A stretch of DNA of 64,000 bases from an uncultured Chloroflexia bacterium (lineage in GTDB: Bacteria > Chloroflexota > Anaerolineae > JAAYZQ01), in contig CAVOXA010000001.1 in the NCBI GenBank assembly GCA_963700285.1, positions 1,184,001 to 1,248,000 on the forward strand, written 5' to 3'. The notes beneath the pieces are model-generated. The model worked only from the letters and a program-made list of their open reading frames with translations. It was not told where the DNA came from and searched no databases. Position 1 is the stretch's first letter. Each line of letters starts with the position of its first letter. Position numbers and translations under genes: made by a program. Shown one piece after another: positions 60,073 to 64,000 of this stretch.

Positions 60073-60900
60073 GTGAACAAGGATAGCACGACTGGAAGAG
60101 ACGGCAGCCAAACCCCTGGCGGACAGAGGCGACGGGCCGGCAAGTTCGATGCGGTGCCCTATTACCGCGACATCCACGATGCCCTGGGCCAGCCAGGATG
60201 TCCTTTCTGCCGGCTGCTAACAGTGAAGGCTGACCGGTACCTGGATGCCGTTCTCTGGGAATTGGTGAATGATCCTGGGGTACGGTCAGAACTCAATCAG
60301 GCCCGGGGCTACTGCCAGCAGCATGGCTGGCTGCTGGTCCGCAAGGGGTCCGCGTTGGGCGTGGCCATCCTGACCCGCGACGTGGTCAAGACGCTGCTGG
60401 ACGTTGTGGCTTCGAGTCCCCTGGACGGCAGACCGGAATCGGTCTTGCAGAGCCTCCGGCGAAGCCTGGACAAGGACCGCCTCTCCCCGGGGACAGCTCC
60501 TCTCGTTGCACGGCTCTCGCCTCAGGAGCTCTGCCCCGCCTGCGCTCATGAGCAATCGACCGAAAAGGATTGCGCCGGGACGCTGCTCAAGCACTTTGAG
60601 GGGCCGAGTGCCCTGTCAGACTCTTATCGCGCCTCTGATGGGCTGTGTCTGCCCCACTTCCGCCGGGTTCTGGCCCGCGCTCCGTCTGGAAAGACGGCAG
60701 AGGCGCTGGTGTCGGCTCAGCTGGAGGTCTGGCAGCGACTCTACGCCGACCTGGGCGAGTTCATCCGAAAGAAGGATGTGCGCTTCAGGGATGAGTCCTT
60801 TGGCGAGGAAAGGGATTCGTGGCGGCGGGCGTTGGAGGCCATCTCCGGCGCGCCGCCGCGCAGCGAATCAGACCGGCAGGGCTTGACCCAAACCATGTGA
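60073..60900 (+). CDS. DUF6062-like protein with duplicated CxxC...CxxH motifs
   Basis: GCPFC...ELVNDPGVR...GYCQQH and CPAC...GLCLPH...L.EFIRK.D motifs. Confidence 0.8.
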   Translation: MNKDSTTGRDGSQTPGGQRRRAGKFDAVPYYRDIHDALGQPGCPFCRLLTVKADRYLDAVLWELVNDPGVRSELNQARGYCQQHGWLLVRKGSALGVAILTRDVVKTLLDVVASSPLDGRPESVLQSLRRSLDKDRLSPGTAPLVARLSPQELCPACAHEQSTEKDCAGTLLKHFEGPSALSDSYRASDGLCLPHFRRVLARAPSGKTAEALVSAQLEVWQRLYADLGEFIRKKDVRFRDESFGEERDSWRRALEAISGAPPRSESDRQGLTQTM

Positions 60901-61060
60901 GTTTGCTCTCTCGAAAGCAGAGAACCCAATTCTTTGCGGAAAAGGACGCCCTCTGCTCCCGAGCAGTCATTCCCCCCTACCGTCGCGAGGGCAGATTCCG
61001 GTAGGGATCCAGACTTCCGGCACTGTCATTACTTGGGTCTGCTATCAGATCCACCAGACC

Positions 61061-63388
61061 TCAGGGCGCCGCGCTGGCCAGGATCTGCAGCACTACTTCC
61101 GCCAAGCGCGCGAGCCGGCTGCTGCGCTGCGAAAGTGGCCTGTCGCCACCAGATGCGTAGTTTGAATCTTGTGACGCTCCTCCGGCTGCCTGGAGGCCTA
61201 CCTGCGTAGATTGGCCTGCATCCGAGATACTGTCCTCCAGCCCATCCTCGATGGCAATCACCTGACCCTTGTGTGCAAACACCACGTTGGCGCCGCTCTG
61301 CAGGAAGGGCCGGGCCTCTGGATCCCTGGCCAGGGCAAAGTACGCCTCCGAGCCGAAGGAGATGGTGCGGTCAATGCTGACATTGTCTTTGATCCAGGTG
61401 CCATCCACCGCTGTGCCCGGGTCGCTGTGCCCAAGCAACAGCGATAGGTCCAAGTTCTGCGCTCCAACCTGCGCCAGGCTGCGCTCGCCCTCGTTGTACA
61501 CATTGGCGCCGGTGGCCAGATCCGCCTGAGAAGCCAGTTGGTATGCCTGGTTCTGAACCCGCGCCATGATCGTCGTCTGGCCTGACGCCTGGTTCACCTC
61601 TGTCCGGCCATAGAGCGCCATGTTATCCGCGGATGCAGCTCCCTCTGTCTGGCCCTGGATGACAAAGGTCGTATAGGGAGTCACCAGTCCATAGGCCAGG
61701 CCCAGGGTCCTTATCTCCTCGACCAGCGCCGCGTTCTCACCCTCAACGCGTACCTGGTCCAGCAGCAGTCCGATGCGGCGCGTGGCCCACAGACGAGGTA
61801 CAAAGTGACGTTCGCCGATCTCTGCCAGGTCAAAGTGGTATACATACTCACGCAGCTCCTCTCCCGCCCGGCCTCGAACCCGTACCGTAGCCCTTTCGCC
61901 TGTGGCTTGGTAGCGACCGGTCAGCAACAAGCTCGAGCCCTGAAAGAGATCGGGGATTTCCGCCGGGAACAGGTCGCTCGCCTGCAGCCCCTCAAACTCG
62001 ATCTCGACGTCGGTCAGCATCGGCCGGGCGATACCCTCGTAGAACGCTGTCAGCGCTGTTTCCAGGTTCTCGCCGGGCTGGACATAGGTCACCGTGCCCC
62101 CGTTGTCGGCGGCCAGCCGGTCCAGCAGGTGGCTGTTGACGTCGTAGCCCACGCCAAAGACGTGTAGGCGGGCCTCCGTCGTGGTGTTGGCCCGGCCCAC
62201 CATCTGGGCGATGCGCTCCTCGTCTGTGATGCCCGGCCGTGGGCAGGCCGTCGGTCAGGAAGACGATCATACGCGGCGCGAGCGCGCCGGGCCGCGCTTC
62301 AGGATCTCCAGCCCGGTCTGCAGCGCTGCCTCCAGGTCGGTGGAGCCGTCGGCTGATCAGGCGGTCGACGAAGCGCCGGGCATCGTGCCGAGAGCCCTCC
62401 AGTCCACTGGCCGCAGCGTCCGTCCAGGACCGAGAGACTGTCGTCGAAGCGCGACGATGGAAAAGCGATCCTCCTCGCCAAGCCGGCCCAGCATAAAGTG
62501 CAGGGCATTTCGCGCCTGTTCCATCTTCTCGCCGCTCATGCTCCCCGAGCGGTCGATGACGAACACGATGTCCTTGGGCAGCGTCTCCGCCTGTCGCTGC
62601 TCAAGACTGGGCGAGAACATGAACAGAAAGTGATCGCGTCCGTCTCGCTGGCCCGTGAGCAGTCCGCCGCCGAAACCTGCCTCGGCGGGGGCGTAGTAAA
62701 CCTCAAAGTCCTGAGAAGGACGGACATCTCTGGCCTCCCAGCGCACCTGGGCCCGGGACGCTCCCTGTCGCTCGGTGACTACTGGATGGCTGGGCGAGTA
62801 GAGGCTGGCCAACCCTTTTGACGACGCGATCCCCACGCTCATCGTCACCTCCTCCAGGGGCCGGGACGAGTAGCGCTCCGTGCCCAGGACGTACCGGTAG
62901 TGGTACAGTCCGCCGCTGGGCGCCAGGACCTCCTCGTACTCCAGGTTCATCTTCCGCGAACCGCCGGGCGGCAGGTCGAGGTCAAGGGCCAGGCTCTCCC
63001 AATCGGTATACGCCAGCAGGGAGGGATCGCGCTGCCGCGCCACGACCGCGTTCAGGGTGGCGTTGGTCGTCGCTGGATCCTGGCGCCTCATGACCTGCGG
63101 CCTCCCGTCCACCGTTGCCTGGAACCCGGTCAACATGGCCTCCGGCGGAATGGGGAACAGGTACTGGCCCTGAACCGGAAAGTCATGGGGGTTGTAGAAC
63201 TCCTGCTCCACCCGCGTCACCGCATGGCCGTCCTCGATCTGGACATCCACGTGATGATAGCGCACAGCGACATAGTCAGTGTCTGTCGCCCCGGGCAGCG
63301 GCAACATCATGCCGTCCGCCAGCGCTACAGAGCCGCCAGCCGTCAGCCATAGGGTGTTCGCCAACAGGAATAGCATCATCTTACGCAT
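61061..63388 (-). CDS. Secreted VIT + vWA domain protein, frameshifted around 62200-62460
   Basis: Signal peptide, VIT (TRVEQEFYNP...YLFPIP), MIDAS VIDRSGSMSG, FLTDGLPT, FGVGYDVN..LLD.LA and RLWATRRI...YGLVTPYT. Confidence 0.87.
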
Positions 63389-63424
63389 GACCAAATACCT
63401 CCTCTGATCTGTCTGCCCATGACC

Positions 63425-64000
63425 TCACCTGGCCAGCTCAAAACTCACCGATACGCTGGCGTTGACGTTGATCTGACCAGGGGCCAGGCTGCCATCGCCA
63501 CTTGGCGTGTTCCCGCCGATCTCCTGAATGACGTTCTGGGTCAGCGCGCCCCCCCAGTGACGGCCCCACCATCCACTGTAGCTGGACCACCAACCACTCT
63601 GGACCTCGTTGATGCTGACCGGCTCGCCCAGCTTCTGGCCCAGTTCCCCGGCCAGGGCGTCCGCTTTCTCTCGTGCGGCCTGAACGGCCAGGGCTCTGGC
63701 CTGGTCTCTGTACTTCCGCAGCTCCGTCGTACGAAACTCGATCCCGTGCACATAGTTGACCCCGGCCCCAAGTGCTTCGGCAAGCAGATCCTCAAAACCA
63801 GAGAGGTCTCGGAGGGTAATCACTATCGTCCGCCGGACGAAAAAGCCAACGAAATCGCGCTCATCGTAGTAGCCGTCGCGGTACCTTGGCTCGATGGACA
63901 CAAATTCTGTCTGAATATGTTCGGGTGCAATCCCATGGTCCTCGGCAACGCCTAGCAGCTTGGTGACAATCCGGTTGTTCTCATCCTGGGCCGCTTCCAG
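63425..64000 (-). CDS. SIMPL (DUF541) domain protein, 3' part
   Basis: IQT...SIEPRY...GVNYVHGIEF...RDQARALAVQAAREKA..LA...LG...PGQINVNASVSVSF. Confidence 0.85.
   Translation of the reverse strand: MEAAQDENNRIVTKLLGVAEDHGIAPEHIQTEFVSIEPRYRDGYYDERDFVGFFVRRTIVITLRDLSGFEDLLAEALGAGVNYVHGIEFRTTELRKYRDQARALAVQAAREKADALAGELGQKLGEPVSINEVQSGWWSSYSGWWGRHWGGALTQNVIQEIGGNTPSGDGSLAPGQINVNASVSVSFELAR

Overview
GC-rich bacterial chromosomal window; the gene repertoire suggests Chloroflexota/Anaerolineae (inference). No rRNA, tRNA or CRISPR array was seen. The window opens with a minus-strand sugar/glycogen fermentation cluster (glgX, two pyk, pta, a P-type ATPase, a double-domain eukaryote-type Pfk, and pfk and nhaA remnants) and a DUF362/4Fe-4S pair. 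Next are a decayed element pairing a sigma-70-like gene with a Cys-rich DDE transposase between 12-bp inverted repeats, a B12 radical SAM gene, an OmpR-type two-component pair, and an intact ISAs1 with IRs and a 9-bp TSD. A two-gene operon follows, encoding a caspase-HEAT-multi-TM protein and a FecR-domain protein behind a perfect sigma-70 promoter. The middle holds a GH3/BKACE/CoA-transferase/ThDP-enzyme cluster, a truncated IS110 inside a REP-like palindrome, and a sortase divergent from a five-repeat PPDTG-anchored surface protein. The end holds an acyl-CoA ligase with an inverted, internally deleted copy, lhgO-citrate synthase-icd, and VIT-vWA/SIMPL genes. Many genes carry single-base frameshifts, some probably assembly errors, and many remnants show internal deletions. 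The best candidates for undescribed biology are the sigma factor-transposase element and the caspase/FecR membrane module. All family assignments come from motif recognition by eye; no database search was run.
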